DNA of 64,000 nt from Flavobacteriales bacterium. GTDB taxonomy: Bacteria; Bacteroidota; Bacteroidia; UBA10329. The position numbers were made by a program, and so were the translations under genes. Shown here piece after piece: positions 24,739 through 34,853 of this stretch. The notes beneath the pieces are model-generated. The model ran no database searches. It was not told where the DNA came from and saw only the letters and a list, made by a program, of their open reading frames with translations. The stretch is from NCBI GenBank assembly GCA_018402015.1, contig JAGYJL010000006.1:5889-69888 (forward strand). Reading direction: 5' to 3'. Every line of letters begins with the position of its first letter. The first letter of the stretch is position 1.

Positions 24739-26220
24739 TTATTGCCCTAGAGTTTGTGTTCCAACTCTTGTCATTGCACAACGGAAACCAATGTCATCGG
24801 TAGACTGTTCGGCATCTAAGTATCTTCTTGTACCTGGTACCAACCAGTAAGCACGGTCTTTCCAAGACCCCCCTTTGTAAACATGAGCTTCGTCATTTAT
24901 AAGCGATGTTGCTCCCCATTCGTACATACGTTTTTTGGCCTTATCACCACTTGTGTTGTATTCGTCTTGTGAGTAGAAGATAGAAGAAGAGTAATCGCCA
25001 TCCAAGAAGTTGATGTTGTCAGCTTTCTTATAATTCCTACGCTGCGTGTTTTCCTCTTCAGTTACGTCTCTCCAGATAATTCTACCAAGACTGTCTTTCT
25101 CTGCAATTTCACCTTCTTCTTCACGAAGTTGAGTTTTGAAAACGTTACCACGGAAAGCTCTGAAGTCATCATCGTCTTCCATGCTCAACGGGCGATAAAC
25201 GTCTTTTACCCATTCGTTAACGTTACCGGCCATACAATACAAACCATAATCGTTTGGCCAGTAAGAAGACACGTCAGTTGGGATATCAGCTCGGTCATTC
25301 AAATAACCAGCCGCACCCATATTATCACCTTTGCCTCGTTTAAAGTTGGCCATCATTTCACCTTTGAATCGGTCGTCAGCATTACGCATGTAAGCTCCGT
25401 TCCAAGGGTACAGTCTTCTTTCGGTAACACGTTCGAAAACTGTATTTCCAATAAGACCAAGGGCAGCAAATTCCCATTCAGCTTCTGTTGGGAGCCTGTA
25501 TCGAGGAAGTAAAATACCATCCTCAATGCGCACTTTTCTAGTGTCTTTATTCGGGTCAAGATCAATAAGATCAGAACGAACCAGACCTTCATATTGTCCA
25601 GCCAAATAAGCGTCTGTATTAAAGTTGTCTTCGTCAACCTGATTAGGGTTTGTTCTAAGAACGCCTTCTCTAATAAGAATCATCTCGTTAACACGGTCGG
25701 TTCTCCAAGCACAGTAATCAGTTGCCTGTAACCAATTTACTCCAACCACAGGATAGTAGTTGTAAGCAGGGTGTCTTAAGTAGAGCTCAACATACGGCTC
25801 GTTAAAGCCAAGTTTGCTTCTCCATACCAAGGTATCAGGAAGAGCACGCTTGTAAACCTCTGGGTAACTGGCATAGAATACGCGCGTGATCCAATATAAG
25901 TATTCTCGATAATCGACATTGGTAACCTCCGTTTCATCCATGTAGAAAGATGATACAGTTGCACGTCTTGGAACGTTATCCCAATCGTAGCGCACATCCT
26001 GCTCAACCCGACCCATGCTAAATGTTCCACCTTCGATGAATACCAGACCTGGTCCCGTTTCTTGGCCTTCCCAAGGTGCAACTTCAAACCCCCCGTTCTT
26101 CGGGTCGTTCTGGTTCCAACCGGTAGTGTTGGATCTGTCTTTTTGGCAAGCGCCCAAGAGGAAACTTGCAACTGCAAAGATGCCTAGCAACTTGAATGTA
26201 TTTCCCTTAATTGTCTTCAT
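24739..26220 (-). CDS. gldJ: gliding motility lipoprotein GldJ (FGE-sulfatase-like fold)
   Basis: The lipobox is FLLGAC. It is followed by GLVFIEGGTFSMGR...FYMDETEVTNVDYREYLYW...YPVVGVNWLQATDYCAWR...LPTEAEWEFAA, typical of GldJ. The start is ATG 26220 (alternative 26241). Confidence 0.85.
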   Translation of the reverse strand: MKTIKGNTFKLLGIFAVASFLLGACQKDRSNTTGWNQNDPKNGGFEVAPWEGQETGPGLVFIEGGTFSMGRVEQDVRYDWDNVPRRATVSSFYMDETEVTNVDYREYLYWITRVFYASYPEVYKRALPDTLVWRSKLGFNEPYVELYLRHPAYNYYPVVGVNWLQATDYCAWRTDRVNEMILIREGVLRTNPNQVDEDNFNTDAYLAGQYEGLVRSDLIDLDPNKDTRKVRIEDGILLPRYRLPTEAEWEFAALGLIGNTVFERVTERRLYPWNGAYMRNADDRFKGEMMANFKRGKGDNMGAAGYLNDRADIPTDVSSYWPNDYGLYCMAGNVNEWVKDVYRPLSMEDDDDFRAFRGNVFKTQLREEEGEIAEKDSLGRIIWRDVTEEENTQRRNYKKADNINFLDGDYSSSIFYSQDEYNTSGDKAKKRMYEWGATSLINDEAHVYKGGSWKDRAYWLVPGTRRYLDAEQSTDDIGFRCAMTRVGTQTLGQ

Positions 26221-26281
26221 GACTATGTTGTTTCGAAACATGCGTTGAACGTAAAAACGACTTCTTGGTTACGTTATTGTA

Positions 26282-27262
26282 TCAGAACGATGGACAGTCA
26301 ATCGCTCTGAACTTTTTCTTCGGTTTTCTACAACCGAATTGTAATCCGAGCGAAAATTCGTGAGAACCTGCCGTATTATTGGTCAAGGATGATACAGTTA
26401 CATCATAACTATAACCGAATTTGAATGCTCCTTGCTGAAATCCAATGAGAACGATGAAAGCATCTGGATTGTTGAAACTTTGACGGAACCAGATACCACC
26501 AACGATGAATCCTTTAGATAGGTAGAATCCATAATTGAGCTGCTGGAAATCTTGCTGATGCTGATAGAGAATGTTGGGAGAAAGGTTCCACTTTTTCTCC
26601 TGTTCTCTTCTCTTTCCGAAATAAATATTGACACCTGCATGACCCGTGAATTTCACCGGTAGTCTACTGAAACCAGCAAATCCTTCATCTGGTTGTGTCA
26701 TGTGGTGAGCGGCAAATCCTACGTAAAAGTTCTCCGTGTAACCAATAACACCAGCAGAGAAATCAGCAAATATTCTACTCGTATTCGGTCTAACCTCATT
26801 GGTCTGATAGACAAACCCATATCGAGGATCGATCATATCTCCAAACGTCAATTTATCCCAATCTATACTACGCTGTACAAGTGTTGCTTGAGCCCCGATA
26901 CGTAAGGAGAATTTTCGTGAAATATTCATTCGGTACGCATAAATCAAGCTACCCTCGAAACTATTTAAGGTTCCTTCTCCAGCACGGTCTGCCATAAAAT
27001 GACCTCCAATACCTCCATGCAAAGCATTGACATCCATATCGAAAGATGCGCTATATGTAACAAACGTCCCCGAAATGGCGGGCCATTGGTTACGATAATT
27101 CATAACAACACGCGGACATCTCTTTGAGCCAGCAAACGCAGGGTTCAAATAAAGAGGGTTGGCATAGAACTGAGTGAATTGTGGATCCTGAGCAAAAGCT
27201 TCATTGGCCGACCAAGTCCCTACAAATACCAACACGAAGGCAACGAAAAACCGCTTCAGCAT
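26282..27262 (-). CDS. type IX secretion system membrane protein, PorP/SprF family
   Basis: The signal peptide MLKRFFVAFVLVFVGTWSANEAFAQ is followed by DPQFTQFYANPLYLNPAFAG...NYRNQWP, the PorP/SprF N-terminal signature. The start is ATG 27262. Confidence 0.85.
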   Translation of the reverse strand: MLKRFFVAFVLVFVGTWSANEAFAQDPQFTQFYANPLYLNPAFAGSKRCPRVVMNYRNQWPAISGTFVTYSASFDMDVNALHGGIGGHFMADRAGEGTLNSFEGSLIYAYRMNISRKFSLRIGAQATLVQRSIDWDKLTFGDMIDPRYGFVYQTNEVRPNTSRIFADFSAGVIGYTENFYVGFAAHHMTQPDEGFAGFSRLPVKFTGHAGVNIYFGKRREQEKKWNLSPNILYQHQQDFQQLNYGFYLSKGFIVGGIWFRQSFNNPDAFIVLIGFQQGAFKFGYSYDVTVSSLTNNTAGSHEFSLGLQFGCRKPKKKFRAIDCPSF

Positions 27263-27493
27263 TCTGGTTTTTTGAATTTTAAAGGACAATAATACGAATA
27301 AATTTAGTTTGGATTCTTGACAACAAAGTAGATTAATTTCATGCATTTTGTGCAATATTTTTGAACCCTTATCGTTATGCGGCTGTTTCCTGAATAATTA
27401 TGGGAGTCTAAGGTCAAACGAAAGACCATTCCTAAATATTATGGTAGGGATTTTTGTTGAACTCATTTTAGTGAAATTAATGCTCCCCGGAGA

Positions 27494-30400
27494 ATGAGAA
27501 GATTAGTGAAATTATTGTTGGTTGGTCTTACGTTGTGTACTGGCGGTTCCATGGTGCTGGCTCAAATTTCTGCCCAAACAAGCCGAACTGCAGGTTCTAA
27601 CGCTGCTGTTATAATCGAATGGGGTGAGCCTCTTACGGAGATAAAGTACGATGGTTCCAGAAGGATCTACTTATTGTTTGATGGTGCTGTCTTTTTGGAT
27701 GACACGAATCTTCCGTATGTAGTACGCAATATAAAGTTGTCTGCAGGTGTTGATTTAGATGCTCGTTTGGTCAATGCCAAATTTGCACCGTTAACGGATG
27801 AGGAAATTTTAGGTGTTGCAGGTCGTGAGATTGGAAATTCGATTCTGGTTGAAACCGATACATACATGGAGAGGAAACAATCGTTTTCTCGAGTAACGTT
27901 TATTCCAATTAGAAAAAACGCAAGCACTGGCAGGTACGAAAAACTTGTTTCGTACGAGTTGAGAACAACCGAACGCTTCAGTTCCAGAAAAAAATCGGCC
28001 GCGGCTTCTTCTTTTGCATCTTCGTCTGTACTTGCATCGGGCACTTGGTATAAGGTTGCAGTGTCTCAAGATGGATTGCACAAGATCACGTATGATGATC
28101 TTGAGGCAATGGGAATGAATGTTGATGCTATCAATCCGGGTAGACTGAATGTTTTTGGAAATGGTGGGGGAATGCTTCCTCAACCCAACTCCGAGTTTCG
28201 CTTCGATGACCTTCGGCAAAATGCGATTGAAGTTGTTGGAGAAGGAGACGGTCGTTTCGATCCGGGAGACTATATTCTTTTTTATGCCAAGGGCCCACAT
28301 TCGTGGGTACAAGACAGCTCAAGTTGCGGACTGTTCAAACATGAATACAACGTCTATTCCGATCAAACCTATTATTACGTAACGGCAGATAGAGGAGTGG
28401 GAAGAAGAGTGGCTGAGGTTTCTTCCTCAGGTTTGCCTGCTACGCACACCGTTACAACTTTTATTGATCATCAATTTCATGAGAGCGACAACAATAATTT
28501 GTTAAAGTCGGGTCGAGAATGGTTCGGGGAGGAATTTGATATTCAAACTTCACATGCTTTTGACTTCGGGTTTTCTAACGTGGCCAATCAAACCGGATAC
28601 CTGAAATCTCGCGTGCTGGCGCAGTCATTTTCTGGAGGAACCACGTTTACCATTCGTGCCAACGGAACTACTGTGGAAAGTGTGATTGTGCCTCAGGTTT
28701 CTGGAGGGTATAATAAGAATGCCGAGGATGAATTCACCTGTACCCCTTTGCAGTTCGGTTCTGGTAATACCAACATTTCATTCAATTATAATAAAGGAGG
28801 TAATCTGAGCGCTATCGGTTGGCTCGATTATGTAGAAATTATTCTTACTCGCAATCTTGCAATGGCAGGAACACAAATGCCTTTTAGAAATCTCGAATCT
28901 GTTGGTCTAGGTAACGTGGCTGAATTTCAGTTGTCCAACGCAAGTGGTTCAGTTAGAGTTTGGGAAGTGACCGACCCTACAAATGTTACTCAACGCAATC
29001 TTAACCGTCAGGGAAATGTTGCCAGTTTCAAAGTCGAGGCCGATTCGCTCAGGCAGTTCATAGCTTTTAATGGAGGTGGTTTTTACAGCGTAGAACCAGT
29101 TGGACCAGTGGCCAACCAGAATTTACATGGTCTGAGTCAGCCCAATATCCCAATAGACATGGTAATTGTTGCGCATCCGAACTTTATGGCAGAGGCGGAA
29201 AGACTCGCCAATTTCCATCGGCAGAGCGAAACGAGTCCATTGGACGTTCAGATCGTTTCGCCTGAACAGATATATAATGAGTTCTCATCAGGTGCTCAAG
29301 ATGTTTCGGCTATCAGAGACTTTATGAGAATGCTTTATCAGCGAAGCAACAATTGGGAAGAAATACCGAGATACCTATTACTATTTGGAGACGCTAGTTA
29401 TGATTATAAAGACAGGTTGCCAGATAACACCAATTATGTGCCTACTTATGAATCTGTAGAGTCGCTCACTCCGACCATCAGCTACGCATCTGACGATTAT
29501 TATGGTTTGTTGGATCCGAATGAAGGGGCGTGGGCGTCATCAGCATCAGATGCGCTTGATATAGGTATTGGTCGTTTTGTAGTTAGAACGCTGGATGACG
29601 CGCGAGCTGTTGTAGACAAGATTTATAGGTATGAGGAATTGGATATTGCCGATCTGGATGTTACTGGACACAACTGTGCCGATGGTGGCGCAGCAACGGT
29701 AACCTCTCCTGATTGGCGTAACAGAATTGTGTTTGTTGCGGATGATGAGGACAGCAATATGCATTTGAATCAGGCCGATCAGTTGGCAGAATTGGTGGAT
29801 ACAATGTATCCAGAATACAATCTGACCAAAATCTATTTCGACTCATTTGTACAGGAATCAACTCCAGGTGGGCAACGATATCCCGAAGCTAATACTAGCC
29901 TTAATACCGAAGTGCAGCGTGGTGCGCTAATGGTCAATTATACCGGTCATGGTGGCGAACTGGGTTGGGCGCACGAGCGAGTTCTCGGTAATTCAGACAT
30001 CAATTCGTGGGTCAATTTCTCTAATCTTCCCGTATTTGTAACAGCCACTTGCGAATTTACCCGATATGACGATCCTAGTAGGATCTCGGCAGGCGAATTG
30101 GTGCATTTGAATCCGAATGGCGGTGGAATTGCATTGTTCACAACTTCGAGATTGGTCTACTCAGCTCCGAACTTTACGTTAAATCGGAATTTCTACTTGA
30201 ATTTGTTGGTTGAACAAACCTGGGGGCCACCAACCATGGGTGATGTGATAAGAATGACAAAGGTTGCAAGTGGAGGTTCGGTGAATAACAGAAACTTCAT
30301 TCTAATTGGAGATCCTGCGCAGCGTTTGGCCTTTCCATTACATAATGTCGAAACGCTCACCATCAATGGTGAAAATGTAAATTCTTTGACCGATACAATA

Positions 30401-31420
30401 AATGCGTTACAACTCGTTACGGTAACCGGAAGAATGCGAAATAGAAATGGACAATTGATGGAAGACTTCTCGGGAACGGTGTACCCCACTGTTTTCGACA
30501 AAACGACCCGGGTGTCAACCTTGGCCAATGATCCTTCCTCTAGTGTTCGACAATTCACTGTACAGAAGAACCTTATATATAAGGGTAAAGCAAGCGTAAG
30601 TTCTGGAGCGTTCTCGTTCTCGTTCGTTGTGCCAAGAGATATATCCTATAATTACGACTTTGGCCGTATAAGTTACTATGCCGAAGGAAGCGGTACCAAT
30701 GCCAATGGTCATTACGAAGAATTCGTTATTGGAGGTTCTAGCGACAATGCCGCTATTGATGAGACAGGACCAACCGTTGGTCTCTTTATGAATGATGTTG
30801 GTTTCGCCTTTGGTGGTACAACCGATGAGAACCCTTCGCTATTGGCAATTGTTGCCGATTCCAATGGTATCAATACCGTTGGCAACGGCATTGGCCACGA
30901 TATAACCGCTGTGCTGGACGATAATACTAACAACACTATCAATCTCAATGATTTCTACCAGGCCGATCTGAACAGCTATCAGAGTGGAAGAGTGGTTTAT
31001 CCATTCAGCAGCTTAAGCGAAGGAACGCATAACATCAAGTTTAAGATATGGGATGTTTACAACAACAGTTCAGATGCTTACACCGAGTTCGTTGTGGCCG
31101 AATCTGCAGAACTGGCTCTAGAGCATGTTCTCAACTATCCCAACCCTTTTACCACTCATACCGAGTTCATGTTTGAACATAACCAGCCTTGCAACAGTTT
31201 GGATGTTCAGGTTCAGATTTTCACGGTATCAGGCAAATTGGTAAAAACCATCAATGAAACAATTCTTACTCATGGCTTTAGGAACGAACCTATTGCTTGG
31301 GATGGATTAGACGATTATGGCCAAAGAATTGGCCGTGGAGTATATATGTATAATCTCAAGGTAACAACACCAGATGGTCAGAAGGCAGAGCAGATTGAAC
31401 GGCTCGTTATACTAAACTGA
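27494..31420 (+). CDS. porU: type IX secretion system sortase PorU (peptidase C25 family)
   Basis: This 1308-aa protein has a signal peptide and a C25/gingipain-like catalytic region (NYTGHGGELGWAHE...VTATCEF). The C-terminal beta-sandwich is NYPNPFT...IFTVSGKLV...WDGLDDYGQRIGRGVYMYNLKV. It is followed directly by porV. Confidence 0.88.
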   Translation: MRRLVKLLLVGLTLCTGGSMVLAQISAQTSRTAGSNAAVIIEWGEPLTEIKYDGSRRIYLLFDGAVFLDDTNLPYVVRNIKLSAGVDLDARLVNAKFAPLTDEEILGVAGREIGNSILVETDTYMERKQSFSRVTFIPIRKNASTGRYEKLVSYELRTTERFSSRKKSAAASSFASSSVLASGTWYKVAVSQDGLHKITYDDLEAMGMNVDAINPGRLNVFGNGGGMLPQPNSEFRFDDLRQNAIEVVGEGDGRFDPGDYILFYAKGPHSWVQDSSSCGLFKHEYNVYSDQTYYYVTADRGVGRRVAEVSSSGLPATHTVTTFIDHQFHESDNNNLLKSGREWFGEEFDIQTSHAFDFGFSNVANQTGYLKSRVLAQSFSGGTTFTIRANGTTVESVIVPQVSGGYNKNAEDEFTCTPLQFGSGNTNISFNYNKGGNLSAIGWLDYVEIILTRNLAMAGTQMPFRNLESVGLGNVAEFQLSNASGSVRVWEVTDPTNVTQRNLNRQGNVASFKVEADSLRQFIAFNGGGFYSVEPVGPVANQNLHGLSQPNIPIDMVIVAHPNFMAEAERLANFHRQSETSPLDVQIVSPEQIYNEFSSGAQDVSAIRDFMRMLYQRSNNWEEIPRYLLLFGDASYDYKDRLPDNTNYVPTYESVESLTPTISYASDDYYGLLDPNEGAWASSASDALDIGIGRFVVRTLDDARAVVDKIYRYEELDIADLDVTGHNCADGGAATVTSPDWRNRIVFVADDEDSNMHLNQADQLAELVDTMYPEYNLTKIYFDSFVQESTPGGQRYPEANTSLNTEVQRGALMVNYTGHGGELGWAHERVLGNSDINSWVNFSNLPVFVTATCEFTRYDDPSRISAGELVHLNPNGGGIALFTTSRLVYSAPNFTLNRNFYLNLLVEQTWGPPTMGDVIRMTKVASGGSVNNRNFILIGDPAQRLAFPLHNVETLTINGENVNSLTDTINALQLVTVTGRMRNRNGQLMEDFSGTVYPTVFDKTTRVSTLANDPSSSVRQFTVQKNLIYKGKASVSSGAFSFSFVVPRDISYNYDFGRISYYAEGSGTNANGHYEEFVIGGSSDNAAIDETGPTVGLFMNDVGFAFGGTTDENPSLLAIVADSNGINTVGNGIGHDITAVLDDNTNNTINLNDFYQADLNSYQSGRVVYPFSSLSEGTHNIKFKIWDVYNNSSDAYTEFVVAESAELALEHVLNYPNPFTTHTEFMFEHNQPCNSLDVQVQIFTVSGKLVKTINETILTHGFRNEPIAWDGLDDYGQRIGRGVYMYNLKVTTPDGQKAEQIERLVILN

Positions 31421-31441
31421 CATCAAAACACGTAACATGGC

Positions 31442-31449
31442 TATATTTG
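31442..31449 (+). promoter_or_regulatory. -7 box TATATTTG in the porU-porV spacer
   Basis: TATATTTG matches TAnnTTTG and lies 20 nt upstream of ATG 31470. This argues that porV starts at 31470 rather than 31437. Confidence 0.35.
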
Positions 31450-31469
31450 CAGCCCTCAAAAAAAATAGG

Positions 31470-32768
31470 ATGTCCGCATCAAGCAGAATAAGTTCATTGT
31501 TGTTAGCACTACTCGTTAGTGCATCTTACTCATTTGGACAAAACGTAAGTCAAGATGAACGAGCCGATGAAATTCAGCTCAACACCATCACAACCGCAGT
31601 TCCTTTTCTTATGATTTCGCCAGACGCTCGATCTGGGGCAATGGGAGATGTTGGTGCGGCTACCGATCCAGATGGAGCATCCAATCACTGGAATCCAGCC
31701 AAGATGGCCTACGTGCCGAATAAAATGGGATTTGCTGTTTCCTATACGCCATGGTTGAGGGCCCTTGTACCCGACATCAATTTGGCTTATATCTCCGGCT
31801 ATGGAAAAATCGGTAAGAAAGGAATGCAGACCATTTCTGGTTCGTTACGATATTTCTCACTTGGTTCGATAACCTTTACCGATGCTCAAGGTGGAACGAT
31901 TGGAGATTTTACTCCGAATGAGTTTGCTATAGACCTTGGTTACGCTCGAAAACTTTCAGAGGAATTCTCTGGTGGTATTGCGTTGCGTTATATCTACTCA
32001 AACCTTACGGGAGGATTGAATGTAGGTGGTGCCGATACCAAGCCAGGAATGGCCGGAGCTGCTGATGTGTCTTTTTACTACCAGACCAAGCGAGTCAAGA
32101 TCGGAGGTAGAAAATCTGTGATATCAGCAGGATTGAACATTTCCAATATCGGTTCTAAAATGTCTTACACGAATACAACTGAAGAAGATTTCATTCCGAT
32201 CAACTTCAGGTTCGGTTTGGGTTTCAAGTATTTCGTGGATGATAGAAATAGTGTAGCGCTGTTCTTCGACATCAACAAGTTGATGGTGCCTACCCCTCCT
32301 CAATATGATGATAATCCATACGTTGACTCATCTTTGCCTCCTGGAGATACACTCGGTGCAATTGGGCACGAAAGCAACGCAAACCCATCTTTCGGAACCA
32401 TCATTGCAGGAAAAGACCCGAACAGAAGCGTGCCTAATGGAATGTTCACTTCGTTTGCAGATGCCCCTGGAGGTAGTGCAGAGGAATTGCGAGAGATCAA
32501 CCTTGCAATCGGATTGGAATATTGGTACAACAATCTTTTCGCAATTCGGGCAGGATATTTCCACGAGCATTATTCAAAAGGAAATCGTCAGTTCTTCACC
32601 GTTGGAGCTGGAATTCGATATAACGTTTTCGGGCTTGATTTTGCCTATTTGATCCCAACACAACAACGTCATCCGTTGGAGAACACCCTCCGTTTCACAC
32701 TGACCTTCGATTTCGAAGCGTTCAAGAAACAGAATGACGAGAAGAACGATAGCAGGCCAGAGGATTAA
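31470..32768 (+). CDS. porV: type IX secretion system outer membrane channel/shuttle protein PorV (LptO)
   Basis: The signal peptide MSASSRISSLLLALLVSASYSFGQ is followed by TAVPFLMISPDARSGAMGDVG...SNHWNPAK, the PorV signature. The track ORF begins at 31437. Confidence 0.85.
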   Translation: MSASSRISSLLLALLVSASYSFGQNVSQDERADEIQLNTITTAVPFLMISPDARSGAMGDVGAATDPDGASNHWNPAKMAYVPNKMGFAVSYTPWLRALVPDINLAYISGYGKIGKKGMQTISGSLRYFSLGSITFTDAQGGTIGDFTPNEFAIDLGYARKLSEEFSGGIALRYIYSNLTGGLNVGGADTKPGMAGAADVSFYYQTKRVKIGGRKSVISAGLNISNIGSKMSYTNTTEEDFIPINFRFGLGFKYFVDDRNSVALFFDINKLMVPTPPQYDDNPYVDSSLPPGDTLGAIGHESNANPSFGTIIAGKDPNRSVPNGMFTSFADAPGGSAEELREINLAIGLEYWYNNLFAIRAGYFHEHYSKGNRQFFTVGAGIRYNVFGLDFAYLIPTQQRHPLENTLRFTLTFDFEAFKKQNDEKNDSRPED

Positions 32769-33252
32769 TGAATATTCGAGTCGGATTCGGCTACGATGTA
32801 CATCAACTGGCCAAAGGCGAAGAGCTTTGGTTGGGAGGTAAGTTGATTCCTGCTGAGCTAGGCGCAGTTGGTCATTCAGATGCAGATGTCCTTATTCACG
32901 TTATCTGCGATGCTTTGCTAGGAGCAGCCAATCTGCGTGACATCGGATTTCACTTTCCGGATACATCCGCAGATTATAAAGGAATAGACAGTAAGATACT
33001 TCTGGCTGATGTTGTTAATCTTTTAGAAGACAAGGGCTACACGGTTGGTAATATCGATAGTACCGTTGTGCTTGAAAAACCTAAAGTAAACCCTCACATC
33101 GATGATATGAAGGCTATATTGGCCAAGATCACATAGAAGGTGTAGATGAGGATGCAGTTTCCATTAAGGCCACTACTTCCGAGAAGATCGGTTTTGTTGG
33201 TAGAGAAGAAGGTATTGCCGCTTTTGCTACGGTTCTCATTCAGAAAATCTAA
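32768..33252 (+). pseudogene. ispF: 2-C-methyl-D-erythritol 2,4-cyclodiphosphate synthase, reading frame broken near 33131-33137
   Basis: Frame 1 reads MNIRVGFGYDVHQL...GHSDADVLIHVICDALLGAANLRDIG...MKAILAKIT and stops at 33136. The conserved C-terminus [38 protein letters not shown] continues in another frame to 33252. One missing base would restore the frame. Confidence 0.8.
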
Positions 33253-33266
33253 TCTCCAAATTGCTT

Positions 33267-33755
33267 ATGGGCGAGTTTTCAATTACGATAAAAGGGCTTT
33301 CGGTATTACGTTCAGAGCTATCCGCCTCCGACTTGCAATTGCTCGAAAACGCAGAACAGGTTTCGAAGAATGCATACGCACCATATTCGCAGTTTTTTGT
33401 TGGCGCAGCGCTAAGATTGGATAATGGTACAATTGTGCTCGGAACCAATCAGGAAAATGTTGCATACCCATCCGGACTTTGTGCCGAACGTGTAGCACTT
33501 TTCTCCGCCTCAACCAATTACCCGAATATGCCTGTGTCTGCAATGGCCATCACAGTAAACACTGCAAAAAGTTTCATAACCGTACCTCTTTCTCCATGCG
33601 GCAATTGTCGTCAGGTTATAATGGAGTACCAGCATAAACAGAAACAGCCGATCCGACTTATTCTAGGAGGGCAAGGTGATATCGTTTGGATCTTTGAAGA
33701 TGCTTCGGCCCTTCTACCTTTTGGATTTGAGGCGGATTATCTCAAGAATTCCTGA
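33267..33755 (+). CDS. cdd: cytidine deaminase
   Basis: It has the motifs YAPYSQFFVGAA, the zinc motif CAERVAL and PCGNCRQV. The start is ATG 33267 (TTG 33261 in the track). Confidence 0.85.
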   Translation: MGEFSITIKGLSVLRSELSASDLQLLENAEQVSKNAYAPYSQFFVGAALRLDNGTIVLGTNQENVAYPSGLCAERVALFSASTNYPNMPVSAMAITVNTAKSFITVPLSPCGNCRQVIMEYQHKQKQPIRLILGGQGDIVWIFEDASALLPFGFEADYLKNS

Positions 33756-33825
33756 ACAACCACATCATCCTACCTGTTACCGATTGTATTGTCGGAATTG
33801 CCCGCTTACCTTTAACCCCCACTGC

Positions 33826-33833
33826 TACATTTG
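33826..33833 (+). promoter_or_regulatory. -7 box TACATTTG upstream of pdhA
   Basis: TACATTTG lies 15 nt upstream of ATG 33849. Confidence 0.35.
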
Positions 33834-33848
33834 CATAAATAGGAGTTC

Positions 33849-34844
33849 ATGGCTAAAACAAAATTCAGTAAGGAAACATATCTGAAGTGGTACGAAGAGA
33901 TGCTGCTTTGGCGCAAGTTCGAAGAAAAGGCTGGTCAGCTATACATTCAACAAAAGATCCGTGGTTTCTGCCATTTGTACATAGGTCAGGAAGCAGTGCT
34001 GGCCGGTAGTGTAGAAGCAACCGAAGAAGGCGATAAGTTCATTACTGCTTATCGCGATCACGTTCACCCTATTGCCTTAGGCGTTCCTGCCAAAGAAATT
34101 ATGGCAGAGTTGTACGGTAAAAAGACCGGAATTGTAAAAGGAAAAGGTGGCTCTATGCACATGTTCAGCAAGGAGAAGAACTTCTTTGGTGGTCACGGAA
34201 TCGTAGGCGGACAGATTCCGTTAGGAGCTGGAATTGCGTTTGCAGATAAATACCGTGGCGACAAAAAAGTGACACTCACTTATATGGGAGATGGAGCTGT
34301 TCGTCAGGGCGCATTTCACGAAGCGCTGAATATGGCAATGACATGGAAATTGCCTGTCATTTTCATTATCGAGAACAACAATTACGCAATGGGAACTTCT
34401 GTTGAACGGACCTCGAACGTCAGCGACCTTTACAAATTAGGTCATGCTTATGAGATGCCTAGTGAAGCAGTAGATGGGATGAGTTTTGAAGCTGTTTATG
34501 AGGCCGTGAAAAAAGCCGCAGACCGAGCTAGAAAGGGTGATGGACCAACCTTGCTGGAGATGAAAACCTATCGTTATAAAGGTCATTCGATGTCTGATCC
34601 GGCCAAGTATCGAACAAAAGAAGAAGTTGAGAATTACAAGAAACAAGACCCGATACAGCAAGTGTTGGACCTGATTGTAAAGAACAAATATGCTACTGAC
34701 GAAGAGTTGGAGGCAATTCAAACAAAAGTGAAGGACGAAGTAGACGAATGTGTGAAATTCAGTGAAGAATCACCATTCCCAGAGGCTGCAGAATTGTATG
34801 ACGATGTTTATACACAGGCAGATTATCCGTTCATTACAGAATAG
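33849..34844 (+). CDS. pdhA: pyruvate dehydrogenase (acetyl-transferring) E1 component, alpha subunit
   Basis: This 331-aa protein has a TPP-binding region (YMGDGAVRQGAFHEALNMAMTWKLPVIFIIENNNYAMGT) and the motif YRYKGHSMSDP. Confidence 0.88.
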   Translation: MAKTKFSKETYLKWYEEMLLWRKFEEKAGQLYIQQKIRGFCHLYIGQEAVLAGSVEATEEGDKFITAYRDHVHPIALGVPAKEIMAELYGKKTGIVKGKGGSMHMFSKEKNFFGGHGIVGGQIPLGAGIAFADKYRGDKKVTLTYMGDGAVRQGAFHEALNMAMTWKLPVIFIIENNNYAMGTSVERTSNVSDLYKLGHAYEMPSEAVDGMSFEAVYEAVKKAADRARKGDGPTLLEMKTYRYKGHSMSDPAKYRTKEEVENYKKQDPIQQVLDLIVKNKYATDEELEAIQTKVKDEVDECVKFSEESPFPEAAELYDDVYTQADYPFITE

Positions 34845-34853
34845 ACAGAAATT

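Noticed and set aside
26391-26410. GTTACATCAT, a match to the 17-mer core, inside the porP/sprF-like gene.
   Set aside because: It is only a 10-nt partial match. There is no second GTAAC at 21 bp and no -7-like box, and the site is intragenic. It is a chance occurrence.
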